From IMG/VR virus record IMGVR_UViG_3300023210_000042, positions 1 through 54,745 of that record: a stretch of 54,745 nt of DNA. The stretch is one strand, 5' to 3'. Below the pieces are notes generated by a model. That model was not told the DNA's origin and made no database searches. It saw only the letters and a list, made by a program, of their open reading frames with translations. A program made the position numbers and the translations under genes. The stretch is from a virus (Duplodnaviria; Caudoviricetes). Positions 1-9,190 of this stretch are shown piece by piece. How positions within the stretch are numbered: position 1 is the stretch's first letter; each line of letters opens with the position of its first letter.

Positions 1-14
1 GAAACTAAATAGAT

Positions 15-167
15 ATGAAATGTAGTGTGTGCGAAAAAGAATTAATATGGGGAGGAGACCATAGCTATGAAGATTACGGAATGGAAGACGAAGGGATAGT
101 ATCTAACCACTCGTGTCCTAACGATGACTGCTCAGTAGAAACAATTTTAATTTATCAAACAACATGA
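15..167 (+). CDS. small Zn-ribbon-like protein (50 aa)
   Basis: Manually translated, not in ORF track: MKCSVC...IWGGDH...SCPNDDC. CxxC and CxxxxC pairs; ATGA overlap with the next gene. Confidence 0.7.
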   Translation: MKCSVCEKELIWGGDHSYEDYGMEDEGIVSNHSCPNDDCSVETILIYQTT

Positions 168-421
168 AGCTAATAGGAAAAAATATTTTAATTGAAGTAA
201 TTCATGAAGAGGTTAAAACCTCATCAGGACTATTATTGTCTACTGAAGATACGTCTCAGTTTAGATACGGTAAAGGAAAAGTGATTGAGCCAGGAACTAA
301 TGTCGATGTCATAAGTAAGGGCGATGTTATCTACTATGACAAGCGCCAGGGATACACAATGCTTATAGAGAATAATAAGTTTACTGTAATTCAAGAGAGA
401 GATGTAGTTGTAGTATTATAA
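164..421 (+). CDS. groES: co-chaperonin GroES-like protein
   Basis: 85 aa with mobile loop KTSSGLLL, G.V...G, V..GD.V.Y and C-terminal I.E.DVV, all typical of Cpn10. Confidence 0.85.
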   Translation: MKLIGKNILIEVIHEEVKTSSGLLLSTEDTSQFRYGKGKVIEPGTNVDVISKGDVIYYDKRQGYTMLIENNKFTVIQERDVVVVL

Positions 422-799
422 ATACTGTGGATTAAGAAAATGTGATGTATAGTCTAAAAATAATTCTTCTCCTGCTTCTATGTCTTGTAGGGCCTTTACT
501 AATAAATCATTTGATTGATTATATAGAAAAGCTATATTCGGATTGGCTGAATGGTTAGTGTATCTACCTAGATATGTTTTATATGTATTATCAATAGAAG
601 CCATTCCAATAAAACCATCTTTTAAAATTTTACGCTTAGCAAACATTCCATAACCATGTATGTTTGATTTTCTACGTTCTGCAAGATGAGACTTGACATC
701 TATAACAGGTCCGGTATCTGATAGTTTGTTTAACTCTTCTATTGTTAGATTAAGTTTATCTAAAACATATTGAATATCAAAGTTCTTTTTTTGCATCAC
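416..799 (-). CDS. SET-domain protein (putative lysine methyltransferase)
   Basis: SET motifs SNIHGYGMFA (GxG), RYTNHSANPN (NHS) and DIEAGEELFLDY (ELxxDY). Confidence 0.85.
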   Translation of the reverse strand: MMQKKNFDIQYVLDKLNLTIEELNKLSDTGPVIDVKSHLAERRKSNIHGYGMFAKRKILKDGFIGMASIDNTYKTYLGRYTNHSANPNIAFLYNQSNDLLVKALQDIEAGEELFLDYTSHFLNPQYL

Positions 800-1214
800 G
801 AATCTCTTTGTTTATTTGAATTATAAAATTTCGATACACCTTGTCGGTGTATGACACGTTCTTAGCAAACATGGGGTTAAATGATGTACTGGTAGGAATC
901 TCTTTACCCTCTAACTTTTTATATATACCACTTATTACTCTTTCAGTTTTGTATGATAACTGATATATTCCCTTTCTATTTCTAGAGCCTTTTCTGAAAA
1001 CCTCAATCCAGCCATCTCTAAGTAATTTATCAAATCTATTAACGTCCCACGATAGTAGCTCATCAAACTCTTCAAACTTATCTTTAGAGAAATAATCTTC
1101 TGAGTATAGGAATAGCAGCATGTCTAAATCAGCTTGTGATAATCCGTACTTTGCTTTTATAAAATACCTGATAACCCTCCAGTATTTTAGATAATCAGAA
1201 CCTTGAATATACAT
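777..1214 (-). CDS. putative winged-helix (MarR-like) DNA-binding protein
   Basis: 145 aa; GLSQADLDMLLFLY...LLRDGWIEVFR...IYQLS resembles a wHTH with wing. Fold is inferred. Confidence 0.5.
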   Translation of the reverse strand: MYIQGSDYLKYWRVIRYFIKAKYGLSQADLDMLLFLYSEDYFSKDKFEEFDELLSWDVNRFDKLLRDGWIEVFRKGSRNRKGIYQLSYKTERVISGIYKKLEGKEIPTSTSFNPMFAKNVSYTDKVYRNFIIQINKEIRDAKKEL

Positions 1215-1227
1215 AAATTAAATTTTG

Positions 1228-1235
1228 TAACTTTG
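1228..1235 (+). promoter_or_regulatory. Bacteroidota-type -7 promoter element (TAACTTTG)
   Basis: Matches TAnnTTTG, intergenic, 18 nt upstream of ATG 1254. Confidence 0.55.
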
Positions 1236-1253
1236 CAACAAAGATAATAAATT

Positions 1254-1484
1254 ATGCCAGATAAGCCAGAAGACAAAACTGAAAAAAAAGTTGATAATAA
1301 AGTTGATAACGATGCTATTAACTTTAAGAATGCAGCAATAAATAAAATTAAAAATTTGCAAGCTGCTTTAGATAAAGAGAAAAGCAAAAAGAAAACGAAA
1401 AATCCACCAGTCGTTGTTGCAACTAGACTTCGAGGCATGAGAAGCTTTGGCGAAAATACTAAGGCAAGTAAAAGAAACGCATAA
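1254..1484 (+). CDS. small basic hypothetical protein
   Basis: 76 aa, Lys-rich; TAATG coupling to the next ORF. Confidence 0.6.
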   Translation: MPDKPEDKTEKKVDNKVDNDAINFKNAAINKIKNLQAALDKEKSKKKTKNPPVVVATRLRGMRSFGENTKASKRNA

Positions 1485-1648
1485 TGGGACTAGCAATAGG
1501 TAATGGAAATGGAATACCATTTCAAGACAAAAGAAACGAAGACATACCAGACATATGTTTTATAATAACAGAGAACGATGAGTTCTGTGAACAAGAATTA
1601 GTAATTGGAGATAGTAGAATGTTTCCTGAGTTATGCGTAGCACCTTAA
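1484..1648 (+). CDS. small hypothetical protein (54 aa)
   Basis: Manually translated: MGLAIGNGNGIPFQ...CVAP; TAATG overlap with the preceding gene. Confidence 0.6.
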   Translation: MGLAIGNGNGIPFQDKRNEDIPDICFIITENDEFCEQELVIGDSRMFPELCVAP

Positions 1649-1664
1649 AAAAAAATAATTAAAA

Positions 1665-2249
1665 ATGGCAAATAAGAAATTTTCACAATTTGAAATAAAA
1701 ACAGACCCTAGTCAAGTTGATTTTCTAGTAGGTTACACAGGTCTAGAGAATATACAGATATCTACAGACGATTTACTTCCAGAAATAGTACAGCCAAAGT
1801 CTATTGTAGCAGGAACATTCCATAATTTATTTGGAGGCGACCCTGGGATTTTTGGTGACACATTAGAATTCGGCATACAAGCACTTCCGTTAAGCGACAG
1901 TTCATCGGTTTTGTGTGTTCCTTTTGATTGCAAAATTGTAGCTGCGTCTATAAAATTTATATCAAATGATGCAGTTTCTATTACAGCAGGTAACAGCTAT
2001 CAAGTAAAGCTTTACAAGATGAATAATAATTCAGGGAAAACAACTGATGCGTCTAATTATGATTTTGTTGGAGATTTTAGCGGACTGTTATTAGATAGTT
2101 CTGACAGTGGAGGCTTTCCTTTTAAGACAAGCACAACTGAATTTATTCTGTCTGCAGGTGATATTATAAATGTATCTGGAGTTGAGTCTGGGACAATTTT
2201 ATCTAGTGATGCGGAAATGGAAATGTCAATAGTGATACAACCAATATAA
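1665..2249 (+). CDS. putative virion fibre/decoration protein
   Basis: N-terminus MANKKFSQF...DFLVGY resembles short fibre-attachment motifs; beta-rich C-terminus. Confidence 0.5.
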   Translation: MANKKFSQFEIKTDPSQVDFLVGYTGLENIQISTDDLLPEIVQPKSIVAGTFHNLFGGDPGIFGDTLEFGIQALPLSDSSSVLCVPFDCKIVAASIKFISNDAVSITAGNSYQVKLYKMNNNSGKTTDASNYDFVGDFSGLLLDSSDSGGFPFKTSTTEFILSAGDIINVSGVESGTILSSDAEMEMSIVIQPI

Positions 2250-2260
2250 AGAATAATAAA

Positions 2261-2506
2261 ATGGAAGAAATGAAGAAACCTTGTATAAAGGAATTATACC
2301 CAGGAAAGAAAAGAAGCGAGCTAGGCTCAATGGAAAAGGAAAGGGTAAGGGCTTGTAAGCAACAGCGCATCAGAGACTTTAAAAATAAAATGAAGGGCGT
2401 TGTGAAAAAAGTTGGAGAAGGTATTGAGGATGCCGCTAAAACAGTTAAGGAGGTTGCTACAGGAGAAAAGAAAATAACCATTACTGATGCCAAGAAAAAA
2501 AGCTAA
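2261..2506 (+). CDS. small basic hypothetical protein
   Basis: 81 aa, Lys-rich ORF in the operon. Confidence 0.6.
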   Translation: MEEMKKPCIKELYPGKKRSELGSMEKERVRACKQQRIRDFKNKMKGVVKKVGEGIEDAAKTVKEVATGEKKITITDAKKKS

Positions 2507-2645
2507 ACGTAAAGGAAATAAAATTTGTGCTGCAGGAATATCATGGGCTAAAAGAACCTTTGATAAATATCCGTCTGCGTATGCGAATATGGCTGCAAGC
2601 AAATACTGTAAAGACCCTAATTACGCTAAGGGAAAAAAGAAATAA
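2487..2645 (+). CDS. small basic protein with YPSAYA motif (52 aa)
   Basis: Manually translated: MPRKKAKRKGNKICAAGISWAKRTFDKYPSAYANMAASKYCK...; fills the gap between ORFs. Confidence 0.7.
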   Translation: MPRKKAKRKGNKICAAGISWAKRTFDKYPSAYANMAASKYCKDPNYAKGKKK

Positions 2646-2647
2646 TT

Positions 2648-2908
2648 ATGAATTGTAAAGGGTTAAAAAACAGAAAATTAAAAAAGTGTATGAAGGCTTA
2701 TGTCAAGCAATCGACAAGGCAGTTTCCTACATTTAATCAAGAACAGGATACGATTATTACAACAAGCGGAACGAATCGTAGCGCAGTAACAGGACATCAT
2801 ACCATGAAACTACAAGCATACGGACAGGGCCAAGGAGAATCTAACAATTCATATTTTAGTGACGGAAGTTATATATCTAGAAATAAAGTAAAGAAAAAGA
2901 AGAAGTAA
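2648..2908 (+). CDS. small basic hypothetical protein
   Basis: 86 aa; N-terminal C.GL....L..C motif shared with ORF 3480; poly-K tail. Confidence 0.6.
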   Translation: MNCKGLKNRKLKKCMKAYVKQSTRQFPTFNQEQDTIITTSGTNRSAVTGHHTMKLQAYGQGQGESNNSYFSDGSYISRNKVKKKKK

Positions 2909-3150
2909 TGGGTGAGCTTAAAAAATGGCGAGATGAGAAATGGGTAAGGATAGGAACGGATGGTACGATAAAAGGACCATGCGGAACTTCTAAGAACAAA
3001 AAGAACCCTGACCGATGTTTGCCGTTAGCTAAAGCTCGAAGTTTATCAAAAAGACAATTGGCTGCAACAGCTAGAAAGAAAAAGCAGGCTGGGAAGAAAG
3101 GAAAACAATTTGTTGCTAATACATCAGCGGCAAGAGTAAGAAACGCATAG
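2908..3150 (+). CDS. small basic viral protein (WVRI...PCG...RCLP motif)
   Basis: 80 aa, very K/R-rich; TAATG coupled. Confidence 0.7.
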   Translation: MGELKKWRDEKWVRIGTDGTIKGPCGTSKNKKNPDRCLPLAKARSLSKRQLAATARKKKQAGKKGKQFVANTSAARVRNA

Positions 3151-3151
3151 T

Positions 3152-3442
3152 ATGGCAGATAAAAGCAAAATGGCCTGCAATAAACCAAGGACCTCTGACA
3201 GAGCTGGTAAAAAGAAAATGGTAAAAGCTTGTGAGGGCGGAAAGGAAAAGCTAATTCACTTTGGTGCGAAAGGTTATGGACACAACTATTCAGCAGCTGC
3301 ACGAAAGAGTTTTAAGGCACGTCACAAGTGCGGAACAGCAAAATCAAAACTAACAGCACGCTATTGGGCATGCAAGAATTTATGGGCCGGTAAGGGTGGT
3401 TCAACAAAGTCATCCCCAAAAACTCGTAAAGGAAAATATTAG
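3152..3442 (+). CDS. small basic viral protein (IHFG...SFKARHKC...YWACK.LW motif)
   Basis: 96 aa, very basic; motif recognisable from aquatic virus hypothetical proteins. Confidence 0.75.
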   Translation: MADKSKMACNKPRTSDRAGKKKMVKACEGGKEKLIHFGAKGYGHNYSAAARKSFKARHKCGTAKSKLTARYWACKNLWAGKGGSTKSSPKTRKGKY

Positions 3443-3450
3443 TATCTTTG
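3443..3450 (+). promoter_or_regulatory. -7 promoter element TATCTTTG
   Basis: TAnnTTTG in the intergenic gap before ATG 3480. Confidence 0.55.
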
Positions 3451-3479
3451 TATTATATTAATTGAAAAAATAAATAATA

Positions 3480-3737
3480 ATGTCGTGTATAGGATTAACA
3501 GGTAAGGCTTTATTAGATTGTAAAAAAAAGAATAAGCTAAAAGCGTCCCCTGCACAAAAAGGGGATATGTATTATGATAATCAATATTACGATAAAAGTC
3601 ATATGCGAAAAACACCAAAGCCAAAAATGAAAGACTTACCATTAGGGTCTACACCAAGAATGGAGGAATATGTAAAAAGAGGATGGAGATTAGATTCTAC
3701 TGTTTCTAACGCAATTAAACGTAAGGCTAAAAAATAA
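3480..3737 (+). CDS. small basic hypothetical protein
   Basis: 85 aa, Lys-rich. Confidence 0.65.
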   Translation: MSCIGLTGKALLDCKKKNKLKASPAQKGDMYYDNQYYDKSHMRKTPKPKMKDLPLGSTPRMEEYVKRGWRLDSTVSNAIKRKAKK

Positions 3738-3741
3738 TTAA

Positions 3742-3885
3742 ATGGGAAAAGCATTTATAAAATTAGGATTGTGGATTCAATCTGTATGGTGTAAGTTTCA
3801 ATGTATATGGAATTCATGGACGCAAGCAATTAGTTTTAAAAACATTGATAAGTGTCCAAATAAATTATGTACTTGTAAAAAATGA
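3742..3885 (+). CDS. small Cys/Trp-rich protein (47 aa)
   Basis: Manually translated: MGKAFIKLGLWIQSVWCKFQCIWN...CPNKLCTCKK; ATGA overlap with the next ORF. Confidence 0.6.
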   Translation: MGKAFIKLGLWIQSVWCKFQCIWNSWTQAISFKNIDKCPNKLCTCKK

Positions 3886-4037
3886 AGTCAACAGGATTAG
3901 GAGATACCATCGAAAAAATAACTACCGCAACTGGAATTAAGAAAGTAGTTGATACTTTAAGCAAGGTGACAGGGAAACCTTGTGGATGCAATCAGCGTAG
4001 AGATAGTTTAAATAGAAAATTCCCTTACAGTAAATAA
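3882..4037 (+). CDS. small phage protein with GLGDT...CGC motif (51 aa)
   Basis: Manually translated: MKSTGLGDTIEKITTATGIKKVV...PCGCNQRRDSLNRKFPY. Confidence 0.7.
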   Translation: MKSTGLGDTIEKITTATGIKKVVDTLSKVTGKPCGCNQRRDSLNRKFPYSK

Positions 4038-4043
4038 AAAAAA

Positions 4044-4307
4044 ATGGCATATACAAAATTAACAGCTAATAGAGCCGCTGTAGTAACCCCAAGCGACACA
4101 GACTTGATACCAAATGTATCAAACCCTGATGGGATAAACAACGGATGTGCTTTATACATAGGATTACCAGGGAACGTAAGAGTTCAAACAGCAGGCGGTG
4201 ATGATGTAATATTTGTTGGATGTTATGCAGGACAGTTTTTCCCTGTAAACGTGGTTCAAGTTTACAATACAGGCACAACTGCCGGAGAAATAGTAGCACT
4301 ATGGTAG
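4044..4307 (+). CDS. putative small virion protein (spike-base-like)
   Basis: 87 aa: A.AVTPSDT...ALYIG..GNVRV...G.FFPV.V..V..TGTTA..IVALW, a pattern typical of head-spike base proteins. Confidence 0.55.
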   Translation: MAYTKLTANRAAVVTPSDTDLIPNVSNPDGINNGCALYIGLPGNVRVQTAGGDDVIFVGCYAGQFFPVNVVQVYNTGTTAGEIVALW

Positions 4308-4371
4308 GATATATCCAAAACAATAGCGCACTATTAGATATAGAAGTAGAGTATATACTTGTTAAAGAATA

Positions 4372-4533
4372 ATGAATTTGCAAGATATTAAAATATACGC
4401 CATTAACTTTTTTAGCCTTGCTATTTCAATGACTCACGTAGAAATGGTTTTAAAATTAATTCTATTAGTAGCTTCTATAGTATATACAGCTCAAAGAATA
4501 TGGATTAATTATAATGAAAAGAAAGATAAATAA
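4372..4533 (+). CDS. putative holin/antiholin-like membrane protein (53 aa)
   Basis: Manually translated; hydrophobic VLKLILLVASIVYTA segment and charged tail; overlaps the amidase start. Confidence 0.6.
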   Translation: MNLQDIKIYAINFFSLAISMTHVEMVLKLILLVASIVYTAQRIWINYNEKKDK

Positions 4534-4924
4534 GATTATTATTCATTGCTCAGCAACTCCGCCAGATATGGATGTAGATGCGAAAACAGTAGATGAATGG
4601 CACAGACAAAGAGGGTGGTCAGGAATTGGCTACCATTTTTTTATTAAGAGAGATGGTCATATACAACTTGGTAGACCATTAGAAAAATCAGGAGCTCATA
4701 CAAAAGGATATAACAAAAACTCTATAGGAGTATGTTACGCAGGTGGAGTGGATTCAGATATGTGTCCAGAGGACAATAGAACAAGCGCACAGATAGCTAG
4801 CTTTCTTTCATTATTAAGATTACTTAAAAATATATATCCTGAAGCTGTTATACATGGCCATAGGGATTTTTCAACCAAAGCTTGTCCAAGCTTTGACGCA
4901 ACTAATGAATATAAAGGATTATGA
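4514..4924 (+). CDS. endolysin, N-acetylmuramoyl-L-alanine amidase (T7 gp3.5-like, Amidase_2)
   Basis: IIIHCSAT, GWSGIGYHF, GAH, SIGVCYAGG and HGHRD...KACPSF Zn-amidase motifs. Confidence 0.93.
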   Translation: MKRKINKIIIHCSATPPDMDVDAKTVDEWHRQRGWSGIGYHFFIKRDGHIQLGRPLEKSGAHTKGYNKNSIGVCYAGGVDSDMCPEDNRTSAQIASFLSLLRLLKNIYPEAVIHGHRDFSTKACPSFDATNEYKGL

Positions 4925-5316
4925 AAAAAATTATACAATGGTTAACAGGCGGTGTTATAAAACAAGTGGGAACTGTTATTGATGACCTAGTAACTACAGA
5001 CGAAGAAAGACTAGAAGCAAAACAAAAAATCCAAGAGATATTAGAGCAGGCTGATAAAGAGGCGCAGCAACAAGTAAGCGAGCGCTGGAAGTATGACATG
5101 CAATCAGATAGTTGGCTCTCGAAAAATATAAGGCCTATGGTTCTTATATATCTTACAATTATATTTACAGCTTTATGCTTTACTGATGGCAATATTGGTG
5201 AGTTTCAAATAGCAGAAGCTTATATCCCAATTTTTCAAACCTTACTAGTAACTGTGTATGGCGCATATTTTGTGGGCCGGAGCTGGGAGAAAAGCAGAAA
5301 AAACAATCAAGAATAA
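4921..5316 (+). CDS. holin (3TM-holin-like)
   Basis: N-terminal helix, DSWLSKNIRP, two hydrophobic segments, YFVGRSWEK end; adjacent to the endolysin. Confidence 0.8.
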   Translation: MKKIIQWLTGGVIKQVGTVIDDLVTTDEERLEAKQKIQEILEQADKEAQQQVSERWKYDMQSDSWLSKNIRPMVLIYLTIIFTALCFTDGNIGEFQIAEAYIPIFQTLLVTVYGAYFVGRSWEKSRKNNQE

Positions 5317-5332
5317 AATTCATATCTTTGTA
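5314..5332 (+). promoter_or_regulatory. putative late promoter TAAAATTCATATCTTTGTA
   Basis: Contains TATCTTTG (5323-5330); the 19-mer is identical to 27504-27522. Confidence 0.65.
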
Positions 5333-5353
5333 GAATAAATTAAATTTAAAATT

Positions 5354-5590
5354 ATGTCAAAACAACAATTATCAAAAGAAGAGCTAACTAATTTACAAGA
5401 ATTAAATAACTCTTTTACGCAAGCTAAAATATCTTTAGGTGATACTGAGCTACAGAAGGCAACCATCTTAAGTGGAATTCAGAAAATCAAAAGTGATTTT
5501 GCTAAATTAGAAAACGAACTAATAAAAAAATATGGCGAAGATTCAGTTATAAATTTACAGACTGGAGAGGTAGCCGAGAAAAAAGAATAG
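5354..5590 (+). CDS. small coiled-coil protein
   Basis: 78 aa helical ORF ending KYG...INLQTGE; precedes the tail fibre. Confidence 0.7.
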   Translation: MSKQQLSKEELTNLQELNNSFTQAKISLGDTELQKATILSGIQKIKSDFAKLENELIKKYGEDSVINLQTGEVAEKKE

Positions 5591-5593
5591 AAC

Positions 5594-8500
5594 ATGGCTA
5601 AAATTAGTAATACTTTATCATACCCTAATCAGTTACCAATTGAGGGGGGTGATTATTTAATTGGAACAGCTGCAAACTCAACACCGATTGTAAAGCAGAC
5701 AAAAACTTTTACATTAGGAGATATTGCTAATTTTGTTATTGACCAAGCTTTTGATGGCTGTTCTTATAGGCTTCCTATATTTACCGCTAGCTCAGCAGGA
5801 CAGGAATCTTTTAAGCTAGTTAACTCATTATTTTATCAAGATGTAGCGACTAATACTGTAAAGGACCCATGTGAGGTTCCTAGCGGTACAATAGTTTATC
5901 TAGACAATGGAAGCGGTGTTGGTAGTTTAAGTATAGCTCAAGACTTAACAGTAGGAAGAAATACTTTAATTTACGGAACAACTACTCTTGAGAGTTTAAC
6001 AAATGTAAATGGAGGAATATATTTTAATTCTGCAATTTATGATGCAAACGGAGACATTGGAAATAGTGAGCAGGTATTAGTTTCGGACTCATCTGGAAGT
6101 GTCACTTGGCAAAACTTTCAAGGCTCAGGCCTTGAGTTCCAAGGCGCTTGGAATGCTCAATTAGATATACCTAATTTACAGTCGATACCTTTAATACCTG
6201 GTAATACAGGAAAGTATTGGGTTGTGTCTGTTGCAGGAGCAACAGACTTAGGTGGGATTACTGATTGGGAATCACAAGACTGGGCAATTATTTCAGAAGA
6301 TAATGCAGGTAATGTATTTTGGGATAAGATAGATAACAGCCCTGCTATTACAGGTTCAGGCACAATAAACACTTTACCTCTTTGGACAGGTACTCAGATA
6401 TTGGGAGACTCTTTAGTTACTCAAGACGCTGACCCAGCAACCAACCCTTTAGTTACTGTTAATGGAAACATTATAATCGGAAGCAATCAAGCTTCTTTAA
6501 CAGGTATAGAGTCTAACGATAACTTTGAATTATTTCTTGGGGAAAGTACAGCTAGTCAAATTAGCTTAAATGGACAGAACAATAGTTTAGCAGGAGGATA
6601 TTTCTTAGCTAAGTGGAAAGGGGATACAGGTACTTTTAACACATCAACAGGAAGACTTCTTATTCAAGACATGCCAAACGGCATATTTAACTTTGATGCT
6701 AGAGTAGAGAGAGAAATAGCAAATACTTCAGGAACTTACGCTAAATTATTTCAAGTTACTGAGGGATATGGAAACCACAAATTTTCTATAACTCAAGACG
6801 GAGGAGATACCGCTCAAGGAAATAGAGGACCGTCTTTTAATTTAGGTGGAGTGGCCTATGCTAACGGAGCAAATGCCGTTGCTATGGGTACTGCAACAAC
6901 AGCATTTGGAAATGGCTCTTTGGCAGCTAACTTTTTAACATTAGCTTCTGGAGCAGGTGCGTCAGCATTCGGACTTTCAACTGAATCCTCAGCGTTAGCC
7001 TCAGCTGCTTTTGGAAATAAGACATTAGCTTCTGGACCTTACTCAATATCAAGTGGTCAAGATACAATAGCATCAGGGCAATCATCTGTAGCCATTGGCG
7101 AAAAGGGAGAAGCCTCAGGAAATAATACATTTGTATCTGGATTTGGTGGAACAGCAAGCGCAAACAACGCTGTTAAATTTGGATTTGGTGGAACAGCAAG
7201 CGCACCAAACTCCCTGGCTTTAGGATTTGAATCTACAGCAGGAGCAGACGGTTCGGTGGCGTCAGGATTTCAAAATACAATATCTTCAGGAGCAGATTAT
7301 TCATTTGCTTCAGGTAAGACCAATACCATTTCAGGTGTTCATAGCGCAGTATTTGGTAATAATAATAATATTGACGGTTCAAATTCATTAGCTTTCGGTA
7401 ACAACAATGTTGTGACTGCAGATTCTTCAATAGTCGGAGGAGGGGGTAATACTATTTACACAGGAGTAAACTCTGCAATTTTTGGAACTGGCTGCAGAAT
7501 AAATGCTACTACATCATTTGTAGTAGGAAGAAGTAATATAGTAAACGCAGGAGCAGATTATTCTGCTTTGTTTGGCGAAAACAATGTTGCGACAGGAGGA
7601 GAGAGAGCTTTTGCTACAGGAAAAGGCAACCAAGTTCTAGATAAGAATACTTTTGCTACAGGCGTGAATAATGAGGTTTTAGCGGAGAACGCATTTGCCG
7701 CAGGCTCTGGAAATATTTCCACAGCATTTCAATCGGCTGCTTTTGGATTTTCAACTGAAGCTAGAGGAAACAACTCATTTACATTTGGAGAAAACTCCAT
7801 AGCATCTAACGTAAATTCATTTGCAGGAGGAAAAAATACAAACGCAAGTGCAGAAAGAGCTGTAGCACTTGGGAATGGAACTATAAGTTCAGGCCCAAAT
7901 GCATTTTCCATAGGGGTTAGCAATTCCTCTACTGCAGCGAACTCGGTATCATTTGGACAAAGCAATACTGCAAGTGGATTGCAGTCGTTTGCCACAGGGA
8001 ATACCAACACAGTTAGCGGAAATAATGCATCTGCTTTTGGGCAATATCATACTGTTTCAGGAAATCAAGGATTTACTGCAGGAGGGATGAATCAAATTAT
8101 TGGACCAACAGGAATTGCTTTAGGAGCAGGCAATAATATTAATTCTGCCGCAGGAATTGCAATAGGGTCAAGCATTACTGTTAGTAATGCTCAAGGAGTT
8201 GCAATAGGAAAAGATATCATATTAAATGATTCGAGTCCTACATTTGCTTTTGGATGGCAGCTAACTGATTCAACTTCCATACAAGGTCAGGTTGTAATAG
8301 GACAGTACAACGCACTATCTGCTGCTAAAGTAGTAATAGGTGCAGGAAGTGTTGTTACAGGATTAAATGCAATTGAAGCATATACAAGTCACATTGCTCT
8401 TGGAGCTTATGGAAACGGAACTGTTGTACAAGATACTAAAACTTCTTATAATTTAAAAGTTGATTCAACAGGAAAAGTTTTTGAAGATTTAGCAACAAGT

Positions 8501-8806
8501 TTTTATACTTATACAGCTTTGATATCTCAGGCAGGAACTGCCGCTCCTACAGCAAATGTTTTATTCAATACGATTCCATCAGGATTTTTAACGTGGAGTA
8601 GAAACGCAGGCGGAGATTATTCATTAACTTCAACCTCAACTCCGTTCACTTCAGGAAAAACAATTGTTTTTGTAAATGGTGGTAGTGCAGAAAACAACCA
8701 TGATATAGCGTGGGAAAGAATAAGCGATAGCGAAATAAAAATATTAACACATAATAGTGACGGTAAGTTAACCAATGGCTCATTAGAAATTAGAGTTTAT
8801 CAATAA
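5594..8806 (+). CDS. tail fibre/adhesin with YadA-head-like 14-aa repeats
   Basis: 1070 aa; a central ~480 aa of A.G..S.A.G-type 14-residue repeats predicts a trimeric beta-roll. Confidence 0.85.
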   Translation: MAKISNTLSYPNQLPIEGGDYLIGTAANSTPIVKQTKTFTLGDIANFVIDQAFDGCSYRLPIFTASSAGQESFKLVNSLFYQDVATNTVKDPCEVPSGTIVYLDNGSGVGSLSIAQDLTVGRNTLIYGTTTLESLTNVNGGIYFNSAIYDANGDIGNSEQVLVSDSSGSVTWQNFQGSGLEFQGAWNAQLDIPNLQSIPLIPGNTGKYWVVSVAGATDLGGITDWESQDWAIISEDNAGNVFWDKIDNSPAITGSGTINTLPLWTGTQILGDSLVTQDADPATNPLVTVNGNIIIGSNQASLTGIESNDNFELFLGESTASQISLNGQNNSLAGGYFLAKWKGDTGTFNTSTGRLLIQDMPNGIFNFDARVEREIANTSGTYAKLFQVTEGYGNHKFSITQDGGDTAQGNRGPSFNLGGVAYANGANAVAMGTATTAFGNGSLAANFLTLASGAGASAFGLSTESSALASAAFGNKTLASGPYSISSGQDTIASGQSSVAIGEKGEASGNNTFVSGFGGTASANNAVKFGFGGTASAPNSLALGFESTAGADGSVASGFQNTISSGADYSFASGKTNTISGVHSAVFGNNNNIDGSNSLAFGNNNVVTADSSIVGGGGNTIYTGVNSAIFGTGCRINATTSFVVGRSNIVNAGADYSALFGENNVATGGERAFATGKGNQVLDKNTFATGVNNEVLAENAFAAGSGNISTAFQSAAFGFSTEARGNNSFTFGENSIASNVNSFAGGKNTNASAERAVALGNGTISSGPNAFSIGVSNSSTAANSVSFGQSNTASGLQSFATGNTNTVSGNNASAFGQYHTVSGNQGFTAGGMNQIIGPTGIALGAGNNINSAAGIAIGSSITVSNAQGVAIGKDIILNDSSPTFAFGWQLTDSTSIQGQVVIGQYNALSAAKVVIGAGSVVTGLNAIEAYTSHIALGAYGNGTVVQDTKTSYNLKVDSTGKVFEDLATSFYTYTALISQAGTAAPTANVLFNTIPSGFLTWSRNAGGDYSLTSTSTPFTSGKTIVFVNGGSAENNHDIAWERISDSEIKILTHNSDGKLTNGSLEIRVYQ
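7138..7204 (+). repeat. 25-bp direct repeat at 42-nt period in the fibre gene
   Basis: tggatttggtggaacagcaagcgca at 7138-7162 and 7180-7204. Confidence 0.85.
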
Positions 8807-8814
8807 AAAATAAT

Positions 8815-9165
8815 ATGGCAGCAACAATAACATGGACAATTTTAACAATGGAGTATGATACATCAACGGCTCCAGGTGAATTAATAGTTACATCTGCGAT
8901 ACAAGCAAATGATGGCATTGGGTATGCTAGAAAAGTATATCAATCTAAATTGTCTGGAGTGGTAGGTGCACCTCCACTTACGCCATACAACCAATTAACA
9001 GAAGCTCAAGTAATAGCTCTTGTGCAGGCTGATTTAGGAGCAACTGTAGTTGCTGATGGAGAAGCTTACGTTACAACTTATTCGGCTATTAAGAAGCAAC
9101 AAATAGAAGATATAGGTACATCAAGTGGACTGCCTTGGCAACCGCCTGTTGACCCAGTAGGGTAA
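8815..9165 (+). CDS. fibre-associated protein/chaperone
   Basis: 116 aa directly after the fibre; TWTI...PYNQLTEAQVIALVQ..LG...GLPW pattern. Confidence 0.6.
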   Translation: MAATITWTILTMEYDTSTAPGELIVTSAIQANDGIGYARKVYQSKLSGVVGAPPLTPYNQLTEAQVIALVQADLGATVVADGEAYVTTYSAIKKQQIEDIGTSSGLPWQPPVDPVG

Positions 9166-9190
9166 ATAATTAATAATAAAATTTAATATA

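Noticed and set aside
4301-4372. 23-aa ORF bridging gene 4044-4307 and the holin-like gene
   Set aside because: Too short to support; it may be a remnant or a coupling peptide.
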